In this document: positions 43,244 to 60,000 of the stretch, one piece after another
How the letters are laid out: each line of letters begins with the position of its first letter
Position numbering within the stretch: the stretch's first letter is position 1
Source of the DNA: the human T2T-CHM13v2.0 reference genome, Homo sapiens
Assembly (NCBI RefSeq): GCF_009914755.1
Contig: NC_060942.1
Strand: one strand, 5' to 3'
DNA: 64,000 nucleotides
Notes under the pieces: generated by a model
Database searches by the model: none
Told to the model about the DNA's origin: nothing
The model's input: the letters and a program-made list of their open reading frames with translations, nothing else
Position numbers and translations under genes: made by a program

Positions 43244-43493
43244 CTTGTGCCATCTGCAAAACATTTAATGTGCCTCCGACTGCAGGTCCTTTTGTATCAT
43301 TTTTTGTTCCCATCATTTTATGAGATATTCAGCTTCTGAAACATTTTTACACAGAAGTTACTTAGAGACTTCCAATATGATGATTTCCAATAACAAAGAG
43401 AGTAGCACAAAAATTGATATATTTTGGGGTTGTCAGTGCTTTCCAGGCGCTTCTGCAGATGGGTGTACTGTAGCCCATACATAACCAGGTTTT
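43244..43493 (-). ncRNA. candidate internal exon of the minus-strand transcript
   Basis: minus strand cactgccaccttag|AAAACC...GGCACAAG|gtaaac in unique sequence; splice motifs only. Confidence 0.28.
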
Positions 43494-43658
43494 CTAAGGT
43501 GGCAGTGATATAAAAAACCCTGGCCTGTATTCATTTACTTTCCTTCTACAATTTAATAATTTTAACTCAAAAGAAAAAGTCATATATTAATGTCTTATTG
43601 AGATGATATTTAATTTGTCATATTCTTTCTCTGTTTGTGCTCATATGTAATCACTCAC

Positions 43659-44199
43659 TATGGAAGACATACCCTAAGGTGAGTCCCAATGAGTCAGGTC
43701 CTTGAATGGAGGTGGGACTTGTGACTTCCTTCTAATCAATAGAGAACGGCAAAGGTGATGACATGCCCATGGTTGTGTTATGTTAGACTCTGTTTAGCAC
43801 ACTGAGGTGAGAGATTTGTCTGCCTACTTTGAAAAAACAAATAGCCATACTGTGAACTGCCCAGTAGAAGACCACGTAGCAAAGGGGCATGGGTAGTCTC
43901 TCAGACCTGAGAAAACCCCACAGCCAAGAGTCAGTAAGAAGCTAGTTTCCTTAGCATTCAGCTGCAAGAAAATGGATTCTGTCAACAATCTGAATGAATG
44001 GGGAAAAAGATTCTTCCCCAGAAGAACTTCCAGATGAGAACACACTCCAGCTTCTTCCTGCCCTGCATCCTTGTGAGATCATGAGAAGTGGACCTAGCAG
44101 AGCAACTCCCAGATTATTAATCCACATAAACTGTGAGATTACGTGTCATGTGACTTAAATTTGTTCTGATCTGTTGTGCAGCAATAGAAAACTAATACA
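43659..44199 (+). mobile_element. MLT1E/F-type MaLR solo LTR
   Basis: gggacttgtgacttccttctaatcaatagag, ttcttccccag..cttccagatgagaac; ends gcagcaatagaaaactaataca. Confidence 0.85.
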
Positions 44200-45351
44200 C
44201 ACAGTCATATGCAAATTGCTATTGAAAACTGACTTTTTAAACTCTATTTTCCCACCCTGAAATTACAACATGCTTTCCATTTTAATTCACTGATTTTGCC
44301 ACATAGTGTATTTTAGTAATATGATAGTACAAGAAGCAATAGATTCTCATAAATAGTTTCACCTATGTAAATGTGTTTTTAATACCTGTATATGTAGAAG
44401 ATACCTTCTACATTAAACATATACTAGTCAAAGTTGGGCTTTTTTCAACAGCCATGCTTATTTCTCCCTAAAAGTGGATGCCCTTATTTTTGCAGCATCA
44501 TCTCTTCTGCATGCACAACTCTAAATCTAGTAGTGCGTTCTGTGCATCAGGCACAAAATAATCTTTACTTGATGTAGTAGCAGATAACTCTCAGTTCATT
44601 GGTAATTAAATTGGGTAACATGTTTTCATCTCCTCTAGGATGATCTGAACACCACTTCTTTCGGTACTTATGATGTTACACCTCCATTGCCCATACTGTT
44701 CATATTTCTTTTACCTTCTCAAATTTTATGCACTTGTAAATACTGTCATTTCTTTGGTGACTGCCATCATAATGGAAACTTTACTTTTTTTTGGTGATAA
44801 TATATGCCAATTGTCTTCCACTTTCTAGGCAGTTAGCTCAACAATCCTCCATCAGGAATCCTGTAACGTATTATTTCCCTTGCTAATGGTGCAAGTATTG
44901 CAGAATTTCATGAAAGCCTACAACCAAAAGGCAGATGTCTCCTTTAATTTTTCTTTATGTCTCCCCATAAGGGAGTGCATCTTTTTAAACAATTTTGTTT
45001 TGTGTAGAGTAGATTAGACCAGAGTGGAATCTTTCAAATTTCTCTAAAAACTGCCTAACAGTGTTCAATATGGGGTGAATCTCATTACTAGATGTTACCT
45101 CAGAATTACTTCATTATCACTAGCATTTTAGTCTTTAAATGTTTCTTATTCATTTGCATTTGATCTTTTATTTAGATTGATTGCTTGGACTATTTCTATT
45201 TTATTCTCATTTTGAAGGCATGTTGTTTTAAAATAAATCATTAGATGGTAATAGTAAAATAGATATCAAAAAAAATTTTCAGAATATCTTAATCTTCTTT
45301 TGTGGCCTGAAAAACATGGAGTGATAAATACTAGAAAAACTGTCTTTTTAG

Positions 45352-45675
<324 letters not shown>

Positions 45676-46073
45676 TTGTATTTGTGTGTCTTTTAATAAC
45701 TTGTTTCCTCCCTGTGTGCCTCTCTGAAAGCAGAAGCTTCTAGTACTTCACCTCCTTAATATACAAAGTTGCGTGTGGTCCATCCATTGTGGATTTTACA
45801 TTTAAGATAGAGAAAGCCTCTAAAGCTCAATGAATATAATGAAACAAAGTTGAGTTTTAGGCTCCATGACAGGCAGCAGGGATGTAATTTAGGCAGGGTG
45901 CCTGACTTGTGCACTTCGATAAGTGTGGCATAAAATAAAGAATGACAACTCTGCTTAGACTGAAAAACAGCAAAAGCTTCCCTGTGCCATCTATTGCCTG
46001 TGAGGCTGGAATAGGGACAACTTAATTCACATCTTTGATGCTCAGTTTCTTCATCTACAAGTAAATCTGTGAC

Positions 46074-46295
46074 ATAATACATACATATATATATGTATAC
46101 GTAATACATACACATATACATATATATATATATCATCAGGAGCCACAGATAACAAATTCAGTTTAATTTTGCATATCAAAACAATAAGGAAAAAACAAGA
46201 TATAATGGCTTATGTGGTTTTCACTCAAAAGGAAAGAGAGAAAAAATGGAAAGCAGACTGTGTGTGTGTGTCTGTGAGTGTGAGTGTGTGTGTGT
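46074..46295. repeat. (TA/TACA)n at ~46074-46132 and (TG)n at ~46259-46295
   Basis: directly visible. Confidence 0.85.
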
Positions 46296-46527
46296 TTGTG
46301 AACAAAATAAATATATATATGACATTAAACTATACCGTCAATAGGTCAATACATAGATATATATGGCATTAGATGTTAAAAAGTGTATTGTGTAAAATCT
46401 TAAAAGGGACATTAACTAGCATAATAGGCACTGCTTTTATCTGCAATTTCGCTAAAGATAGAGAAATTTTCTTCATGTGGCTGTTTCTTAGAATAACCTT
46501 CGATAAAAGACAAGGGCACAGCCTTAC

Positions 46528-46760
46528 ATGGCAATTCAATTAAGGCACTTCTATGGAGGCACTAAGCCAGTCGAGCTTGTGCATGAGGTTTAACCGCCTG
46601 TAGCAATAAAGTTCGGTGTCTCTATAGCTCGGAAGTGAATATGCTCTAAAGTCTGTCTGTGTCTCTCTGTCTCTGTTACTAACAACAGCGTTTCACTTCC
46701 TTATCAGTTTCTGCGTCAGTGACTTGAGCAGGAAATGTGGCATGCATTATTTGTGCATCA
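46528..46760 (-). promoter_or_regulatory. candidate promoter and first exon with ETS-IRF composite motifs
   Basis: GGAAGTGAAAC on the minus strand (46690-46700) abutting TGATAA; CGGAAGTGAAT on the plus strand (46630-46640); tgcgtca and caggaaat; local CpG retention; minus-strand donor GCCAT|gtaagg at 46528/46527. Confidence 0.5.
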
Positions 46761-47988
46761 CCTATTAACAAACAATTCATTTACATTACCCATTCCCTCC
46801 ATTACTGTAAATACTTTATTTTCTTCATTGACTTGTAAACTTTCAACTCTTCAAGATTATTGAATCCCATATTTGAAACAAATATTTAAAATGCATGACC
46901 ACAATTCTTGCAATTTTGGGGAAGCAACAGTTTAACAGATTCATGTGTTAATATAACAAATCTAAATAGACGGTTAGACCTATGGAACGTGTATATGAGC
47001 AAACAGGTGGGATGATCAAGTCTATCAAAAAGGGAACCTGGTTTCGATCAGAACTCCTTGGACTTGTTGATTTCACAGTTACCTCTGGAGAGGACCCATT
47101 ATGTTCACCACCACATTATGATCATTATGATAACCCTCTTTCCCTAACACCTCAGGCCAAATTATGAACTCCTTCTGAAGTCATAATATTTAGGCAATTT
47201 ACTGAGCCCTATCTCAGAATTTTGGGGAAGTAGCAAGAATTAGAGAAAAAATAAAGTATATTCTTTCTTTTGAGAGGAAGTAAAAATTGCTATGTTTCCT
47301 TTAATCCCTAATAAGCTTAATGAAGGTGCATTTGAATTGTACTCTTTCACTTACGTGACTTATTTTACTTATAGAGAAGTCAACTGGACACATTTCCTTG
47401 GAGGCTACTTGACAGCTTGTTCACATGGTGACATTTTTCTGACCTTGGCTTATATTTTTTTCTATTTCAGAATCACTTGGGAGACTACCATGAGACATTT
47501 TAATTTGGGCTATAAGTGTTCCCATTCTGTCACACCCTCGACATATGGCAGACGCACTGCTGAAGGACCTAACTTTCAGTTCAGTGTTTTTAAGAAGAAA
47601 AAGTAGAAATTCTTACATTCATAGCTAATCTATCTGTCAATAACAGAAAAGTCAAATTATATTTTAAAGTTATATTTTCAGGAGAAACTCTAACTTGTAT
47701 GTTCTCATTTCATTGAAGTATTATTTTGAGGTAAATTTATTGCTTAATCCTGTGGTAAATTAAAAATATTTTAAGTATATTATGAAGTTAAAAATTACTA
47801 TAATAATATATTACATATATATTACTGATGTTAAAAATCTGATAAAGCTTAAATTAAAGCTGATAAAGATTAAAAGATGAAAATACTATGATCTTTTAAA
47901 GAACTCTAATTAACATATCTTCCGTAAAATTCATCCATTTATGTCATTTAATTTTGTTTTCATTATTATCAATGCTGCTATCTTTTGA

Positions 47989-48341
<353 letters not shown>

Positions 48342-48359
48342 AAGAAACTAAATTTATTA

Positions 48360-48680
48360 GAATTACTAAAAGGTAGAATGCTACCTTAATAGAGTCTTAG
48401 CAGTTTCTCAATATGAGGAAATTAGAGAAAGGTATTCATGAGGTTTGACAGGCTCGGCTGAGTGGTTCTGGGATTAAACTTGTAGGGTGAAGTTTATCTA
48501 TGGGTGGAGTTTAGTTTATCACATCCTAGCTTGGATTGGGAGGCACAGAACAATGTCTTGAAAGAAATCTTGAAGAATTCACTTGATTTATGTAAGTAAA
48601 TAGTTGTTTCATAGTCTTAGCTTCCAGAAGCAAATATTTGTTGGGGCAAGCAGCAAATTCTTTTAATTTAATCTTAATAT
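48360..48680 (-). mobile_element. old ERV1-class LTR fragment
   Basis: reverse complement (gctgcttgccccaacaaatatttgcttctggaagctaagactatgaaacaac) resembles the LTR at 3417-3874. Confidence 0.45.
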
Positions 48681-49789
48681 ACTTGTATGTGTGTGTTTAG
48701 TATAACATCATTATTAAATTAGGTGATAAGTTTACATTTTAACCTAAAATATTAACTATTTTAGTGTATTCAATAACTATGAGTCTCTTTGAATTTACAC
48801 CTTTAATATACTGTAATGCTTTCCTTAAGAATCCAACCACATTAATTTTCTTGTATACATATTAATAGTTCAGTAACTGTTGTATCTAATTGAAGGGAGA
48901 GTTCACTTATGTTAAACAAAGTGATCTCTCTTTGATGTGCATTTTAAATGAACTACATAATTCATGTCGAGCTTCCCCTACATGGCCAGTGCAATTTCTT
49001 ATCGTCCTTACAGCCACGAATCCCACCGGGGCATTACACACGTATGTTAAAAGACGAAGCAGGCAAGTGTTTGTACTGTAGAGCCAAATGGTGAACAGCC
49101 ATAAAAATAGTACTTGCTGGTGAAAACGACACGTGTGCAAACCAGGTGGCTCCAGAACATGACCAAAGACTAGTCACTGCCAGCCGGAGCTATGACACAT
49201 TCTCTAGACAGTCAAAACAAAACAAAGCTGTTCTCAGTACCATTAAGACTGATGAAAGCCCTTTTGCTACGTGGAAAAGGTGACTCAATCTAAGTGTGTT
49301 CTATAAAGAGGCTGATGGAATGCAGCCTTCTGAAGTGACCAGCAATGTAGACATTCTGAAGAGAGGAACTTGAAGGATCTACAAGCACCCTTTTCCCTTT
49401 GAAATTCCTTTTATAGGTTAACAAATAATGTGGAGAAAAAAAAACAAAAACAAAAAAACAAAATTGAACTGATTGTGTAGTGAGGTTGGTTACCAATCAA
49501 TTGTTCCCCATGGGTTAGAGTTTTCACCCCCATTCAGATTATCAAAAGATTCATAAAAAAGAAATTCCTGATTGAGAGTTTCAAGAAAGGACATTTCAGT
49601 TTAGTCAAAACACAGGGCATACTTATTACTATTGTAGTCAGAGGCTTTGTGGGCCTCAGGGAAGTGAGCTGTTTCTGATTTAAGGGCCTGAAATGTGATG
49701 CTGAGGATATTTCTATCTGATCTTGTTGGAACATCCAGATTGTCATAGTTGTACAATGGATACCATTTTCCAGATCAACAGAAAAACCT

Positions 49790-50556
<767 letters not shown>

Positions 50557-51318
50557 TGACAGATGAATAGAAATAATGGCAGTCCTCGATATCTTATAGT
50601 ACATGCTAAATATGGTGTATCAACTAAATACTATGGTGCTTGATTTCTGATACATTAACACAAATGCTACTTACAAATTTATTTAAGGAGAGTAGTAAAA
50701 CATTCATGAGACTTGATGCAAGACATAATGTAATACTTTACTACAGACAAAATCATCTACAAAATACTTAGGAAACGCTAAATTGATTTCTAATTGATAA
50801 AAATTTATTCTAATCAGATTTTTCATATATATATTTGTGCAAGATAGTGCTTTGTAATGGTTTTGCATCATAGTTATATGAGTTTTGCTCCCAATCTTAT
50901 ACACATATAATATATCATATCTAAATGTATTAAATGTTTTATTAATTTACTTAGATTACCCAGTGTGAATGACAATAAATAATATCAGTAATAAGTGTAT
51001 GTGACTTAAAGCTAATGATCGCCTACAAAGAAAAACAAGGATGCCTTCTCTATTTTTTTTTTAAACCACATTTCATGGTCCAAGAAACCCCAACAGCTTT
51101 TGAGGAATGGTAATGAGGCAGTGTCCTCTTGGGAAATGTTACCTTTGAGAACATTATACTTTCTCACAGACCTTTGGAGAAAAAAAAATCTGGTACTCTG
51201 AAGCAATCGCAACAATTTTCATCTTATGTGAATTGATAACAGAATCTTGTAAGGAAGATTGCTGTATAAATTGCTATGGCAAACTCTGCTATAAACTAAG
51301 TTGAAAATTAGGGGTGTA

Positions 51319-51321
<3 letters not shown>

Positions 51322-51353
<32 letters not shown>
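51322..51353. repeat. (TG)n microsatellite
   Basis: directly visible. Confidence 0.95.
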
Positions 51354-51354
<1 letters not shown>

Positions 51355-51869
51355 AGGGTGGAGGGGGACATTTAAAGAAAACCAGAAATAATGTATTTGT
51401 AGCATATTAAAATGTGAAGAAGTCTCAAACATTATCTCATCTAACCCTTATCTCTCAAATTCTATTTAATAGCCCTCTGTTTCCACAAGGTGAATTCGTT
51501 TGTCAAAGGTCTAGAATCTAGTTCTTCGTGACATTTGAGAACCATCTAATCCTCCTGAACTAGTCAGATATGGATTTTTTTCTTCTAAAACAAAATTTTG
51601 TTTTTGTTTTGTTTTATTTCTACACAGACTCGTCTTGTACCTCTAATTCTGCTCTTCTCAAACCTTTAGGCCATAGGATGGATCTAACTGAAAATCATCC
51701 TCCTATGAATTGCTGTGTGCTTTTCCCATATTTGCACAGTTGACCTAAAACACAAGCTTACAGATTATTTATGATCAAGTTCATGTGGATAGAATCACTG
51801 TTCTTTCAGAAACTCCATTAATTATTAAAATAAAAGACTTACAAATTGCATGATTGTGAGATATGTCTA

Positions 51870-52620
51870 TTTACAAAACAACTTAGATATCACCTCTGAG
51901 TTCCAAACTTATATATGCAACTTCCTACTTGAAATCTCTCTCTCTTCAATGTTGCCAACTTTGGCCTTTGCATCCTTAACCCCAAAGCGGGCTCTCCCCC
52001 AGAGTTCTCTGTGTCAGTAATGGGTATGACAATCCTTTCATTCCCTAAGATTAAACTTAGTTCCAGCCCTTAGCATTTCCAAACCACCACAGCTATTTCC
52101 ATTTTAAATATGCACCATTTCCTTCCCCATAATTCCATGTGAAGCTATCACCTCTCTCAGGACATCTGCAGCAGCCACCCGGGGACACCTTCCATATACA
52201 AACTTGCCCTCTTCTTTTAAAAACTGTCTTAAAAAGAGTTCTTTAAAAATGAGCCAAAGTGATTATTTTAATATTGAAGCCCAGGTTATGTTTTCCTCTC
52301 CTCACGTCAACTGAGTCCAATCAATGGCTTCGTGGTTTTCAGAAACGACTTCAACAAGCCATGCACACATCTATAGGGTCTGGCTACCGTGAATGTTTTT
52401 ACCACACTTCAAACCGTGATCTCGGTAGGGCTCTGCACTCCAAACACCCTGGCCTTCCGTTTTTTCCTCCTTGACCCCATTCTTCCTGTTTCCAGATCAT
52501 CTCCACACTGGCCACAACTTTCTTCTTTGCTTTTGCCTACCATTTTATCTCCTTCTCTGCCTTCAAATATTAGCTCAAAAGTCACTTCCTCAAGAAAGTC
52601 ACAAGTTTACACCTATTTAG
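51870..52620 (+). mobile_element. L2 fragment
   Basis: cctctgagttccaaacttatatatgcaacttcctacttgaaatctc, tagctcaaaagtcacttcctc. Confidence 0.65.
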
Positions 52621-52978
<358 letters not shown>

Positions 52979-53038
52979 ACCTTTTCTGTTTTTATACATC
53001 ATTTATCCTCTATGCATAGTGGTTAATGAACTGACTAG

Positions 53039-53082
53039 GCACACACACACACACACACACACCCACACACAAACACACACAC
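53039..53082. repeat. (CA)n microsatellite, interrupted
   Basis: directly visible. Confidence 0.9.
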
Positions 53083-53479
53083 GTACCCATGAATGAATAT
53101 ATGGTCTAGACTTTCTTTTTCCAAGATAGAGACATACTAAAAGATGAAAGTATTTGTAGTTAGTTTTTCCTTCATAATCAGGTTATACAACAACAGAAGC
53201 TACCCCCTCTCATGCAGTATTAAGAAAAGCTACTCAAGTGGTTCCCTTAATAACCACTTCACAATTAACAATGAGTATGTGTTGTTAGGGGTCTATTCTA
53301 CAAGTTGATTTCATTTTCATTTCTGTCTGTCATCCTGGAACCTGTGCTCAGAATCTTTTTCTTTATTTTTAAGCTAATATGAAATATACCCTTCAAAAAA
53401 TAAAAATGTGTCTTAAGCTTGATGCAAAGTCATATCACACTAAGTTAATGTATATTTTCAATGAGATAGGATTTAGACC

Positions 53480-54255
53480 TGTCCTGTCTTAGTGTAAATA
53501 GACCAATAATTTGACCAGGCAATAAGAGTCTAAAGTGTATAAAAATTCAAATGGAAAAAGAAATACACAGAAATAATAGGGAAAATCCCAAAAGGAAGAG
53601 GTTGTGAAGTGATGAACCCTATCAAAGTGTACTTCAAAGCCTCTTTAAAAAAAAAGAGCTTGGCACAGGTATGCAGAAACCAGACCAGTCAGATAGATTA
53701 AAAATTCCAGAAATAGACACAGTAATACAGTAAATAATAAATGTTGTATCTCAAAATACTGGGGCAAAGATGAACTTTTTATCAAATGTCCTGGGACAAC
53801 CAGATAGTCACCTGGGAAACGATGTAATAAGATTCATTCCTTACACCAAACTCACAGATAAACTTGAAATTCACCAATAATATAAATGTAAAACATGACA
53901 CAAGTATTAAAAGAAAGCATAAGTAAATTTTTCTATAGAGAGGTTAAAGTGGAAAAAGTATTCTAAACATGATACAAAGCCAAAATATAATATAAAGCAG
54001 GCGAATATATTTTTACATTAAAAGCAATAGCCTGGCTAATAAATAAAAACACAAAAACAAAGTTGAAAGACAAATAACAAACTGGAAGAAATGAAATGTA
54101 TAAAAAGAGTATGTGATAAAAGCATGGAACAAAATGGTAATAATATGTGAATTTGGATAAAAAATATACAGCTGTTGTTTTCTCTACTACTATTGTACTT
54201 CACTGTTGGTTTAAAATTATTTCTAAAATTTGAGCTAAAAGTTAATAAATAAAAC
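53480..54255 (+). mobile_element. old L1ME-type ORF2/3' fragments
   Basis: aattccagaaatagacac, ggggcaaagatgaactttttatcaaatgtcctgggacaac, aaagttgaaagacaaataacaaactggaagaaa. Confidence 0.65.
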
Positions 54256-54301
54256 ATTCTAGTTATATGAATATCCAGTTTACATTTTAAATTAAAAATA
54301 A

Positions 54302-54969
54302 TGATTGAGGAAAGTCTTAATCATTTCATAAGGTTTATTTGTCAAAGTTAAGGACGTGCACTCAAGAGACAGGTCTATGCCTTTCTCCAAAGATGACTTT
54401 GAAGGCTTCGATATTGAAAGGGGAAAGGGCAGATATTGGAATAAGAGAAATATTTGTAAAATGTGTTAGTAGATAGAAAAACAAAATGGTTGCATTCTTT
54501 TGAGTATTTGATCAGCCTTTCACTGAATACACAATTTACATGTGACAGGTATTAGAGGAATAGTTACTTACGCCTTCATCTGGCTCAGTGAATCAGCATT
54601 TTTACATAAGATAACATAGACAATAGGGCACAGGAAGCTAACAGATATGCATTTGTCTCAGGTGAGCAGAGGGATGACTTTGAGTTTTCTCCTTTGCCCT
54701 GTACCCACAAAGATACACTATCGATTTACATTGCCAGGGTGAAATTCAACAGAACTGTTTTAGGGGAAAGATCTTGGGTCCCACAAGGAATTTTGTGTGG
54801 GGGTGGGGGCGGGGGGAGGGAACTGTGAGGGAGGTATGTAGCTTTTTATCTTTGTAGCTATCTTATTTAGGAATCAAATGGAAGGCAGGTTTGTGGGGCC
54901 CAGTTCCCAGCTTGACTTTTCCCTTTGGCTTAGTGAGTTTGAGGTCCTGAGATGTATTCTCCTTTCACA
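54302..54969 (-). mobile_element. MER4A-type ERV1 solo LTR
   Basis: reverse complement starts tgtgaaaggagaatacatctcaggacctcaaactcactaagccaaagggaaaagtcaagctgggaactggg. Confidence 0.88.
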
Positions 54970-55348
54970 ATATCACATCAACATGGCATATGTGGAGGTA
55001 AATAAAGCAATCTTAGGACCCACATGGATACTTAATGATGTATGTATTGACTGCGTATAAAGTTTATACTCTTAAAATTAGCTTTTAAAGAAGAATTCAG
55101 TTACCATCTGTAAAAAGACTATTTGATAACACTAATAAGAAAAAAAATTCCCTTTGAACATGTAAACTATAGGCCACACTCTGACTTTTAACACGACCCA
55201 ATTGACCAAGTATTTTAATAGATGGCAACTATTTTCATTACTGCCATTCTATATGCCCGAAGGTAGGTATCAATGCAAATAGATGTGTGGATGGCTACAG
55301 AGAAGCAGAAGGTAAGAGACAGAGAAGAGCTATATAATGAGTGAATAT

Positions 55349-56216
<868 letters not shown>

Positions 56217-56918
56217 AAAGATGGTGACTTTTATGGCAAGATGGGAAGTTAACGGGGAGAATAAAAATACCCTTATTCTACGGAAAAGTGAGGATCACAC
56301 TAACCTACTTCTCAAGTTTTGTCCATGCTACAGATGGCTCTGGAAATATTTCAGCATTTTAAGAGAATAATTTGTACAGCATTCATGACAGAGTTTTTAT
56401 ATTTTGTCTTAATTTATAGTCATGTTTCCTGAATTTATCTTCTAAAAGGAAAATTCAGTAATATCATGTCCAGAAACAATGTAGTTAAATATTTTATTCC
56501 TTAGTATTAATGGGCTAAGTCACATAAAATTTATGAGGTAGTATGTTACAAACATCTTTAAAAACAATTTTTAGGAAAAAAAAGTATTATCCAATAAATA
56601 AATATTATACAAATCACTTAAATGGATGGTAAGTTATATTATTTTAATTTTAGCTATGACTCACTGGTTCTAACATCCTAAATGGTATGAGGTTTATCCA
56701 ACATTTCTACAGTAAATTTTGAAAGAAAATCCTGGTTTTCAAAGTTAATATGGTATCATTAATTAGTTTACAAATCAAAGAGCTAACTATGGACAAATTA
56801 AGTTATGACTTGTTGTCAACACCTGAAAATACAACTCCTTATGAAAATCGTTTATAGTCCAACTATAATCTCTGTCAAACAAGTATGTGAAAGTAAACAT
56901 TATTACTACACATACTAC

Positions 56919-57899
<981 letters not shown>

Positions 57900-58490
57900 C
57901 TAATACAGATTATTTAAAAATGAACATTGTTACCCATCACAGGAAGAAGTTTTACAACTCTCCTGCTTCCCACTACCTTCTAAAATATAATTCATTTTAA
58001 GAATCTCATCTAAACATCCCAGAAAGGCCTCCTTCATAATTCTGAAAACTCTTGTGGGATTTGTGATCTGTGTGTTTCTGATCACACGCTGGCTTGGACT
58101 TGCAGTACTATGTATTGGCAATGCTCCAGTGACTATGCTCTCAAGTAAACCACATGTTCCTGGAACAACTAAGATGACTTTATGTCTGTCTTTCTATTTC
58201 CCCAGAAGACAACACTTGTTTTCATAATATGTTTGATTTTTTAAATACATATATAAGTTGATTAACAAAGGTAAATCAATGAGTAATGAGTGCAATAGCT
58301 TTAAACACATTATAACTTGTTTCAAGTTATGCTGTAGTTTTTATACGAAGGAGGGAGTATAATATGGCTATTTGATATAAAAGCCAGTCAATAGTTTAAG
58401 ATTATATCAACTTAAACTCCAGGTAAGAAAAGGATATGCACATAGTAAATACTTCAGGGATATGTACATAGAAAACCAGAGAGAAAAACT

Positions 58491-58854
<364 letters not shown>

Positions 58855-59809
58855 TCAGAGAATTTTAAGTAAAAGGTGAGCTGAATCTTAGTTCTGCTGC
58901 TGAGAAAGAAACAAAGATATTTTAAACTAAAAACCTTCTGAGAAAAGTAAAATGAGTCACGAGGCATTGTTCTCTCATTAAGGGTATGAAAGACAAGTTG
59001 TTGTGTCCCACCTGGGGGTCAGGAATGAGACCACCCCTCCCCCGCTTATCTTGTCTACTGCAGCAATCACAGTTTTGCTTCCTTAGCAACCATTTCAGAA
59101 ACCACTTTTCTCCCATCTGAGTCCTTGTTTACATGAGGCTGTTCTCACCCTGTGGTCGCAAGGCTGAGCCCAATCACTTCAGCGATGGAATCAGGGATCT
59201 GGATGTGGCACAACATCATGGATCAAAGAGAGTTTTACCAGAGAATTTTGCAGCTGCTATTTAGAAAAAGATGCTTTAGTGACCTTTCACTGCTGGATAA
59301 GAAAGATTTAACATGGCAGTTGCCCGGGCCAACTTTTAAAAGGAAACCATCTGAAAATGAAGCCAGTTCTGAGAAAGAGAGTGAATAAATGATAGAGATT
59401 AGAGAGAGAGAGATTAAATTTCTAATCATATTCACATTCACATTGTTTGTACTTTTGTGTGTATTTGTTAACTAAGTCAACCTTATCCCTGTACTTCCTG
59501 GTGTCATGCGTCAGTAAACTCCATTCTGTTTGAACTTGATTTGCTACCATTTGCAATTGAAAGGTCTTAGTTTTTATCACAGTGACTATATGTATAAATA
59601 TATGTGCTAGCCCTTTTATTAATGTCAAAATTAATTGGAGTCAAATTTAATCTCACAAGACGAACACAATGAGAAAAGTTTAAATAAAATATCATTAAAT
59701 GTTTAAATTGTTTGAAATATTCTTTCACTTAGAGGGTAAACATATCTAGATCATATGGATATATATATCATCTGCTCCTTACAAGATAGATAGCTACAAA
59801 ATAGTACCT

Positions 59810-60000
59810 ACAAAAATATTTTGTATTGATTTGTTAAATCAAAAATATTTTTCAACAAGGTACTCTATGCTAGGCTCTGGGAATACAATGATAGCCAAAT
59901 ATTCATATGTCTTTTACCCTTAGAGCTGTCATAGTTTAGTAGAAGGGATAACTATGATAAAATAATCACTCATATAAATGAAAAACTATAACTTTGTTTA
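59810..60000 (-). mobile_element. L2 fragment
   Basis: tactctatgctaggctctgggaatacaatgat...cccttagagctgtcatagtttagt. Confidence 0.6.

Noticed and set aside
59008-59021. CTCF-like motif ccacctgggggtca
   Set aside because: It mismatches the core 3' positions, and a single motif is not enough support
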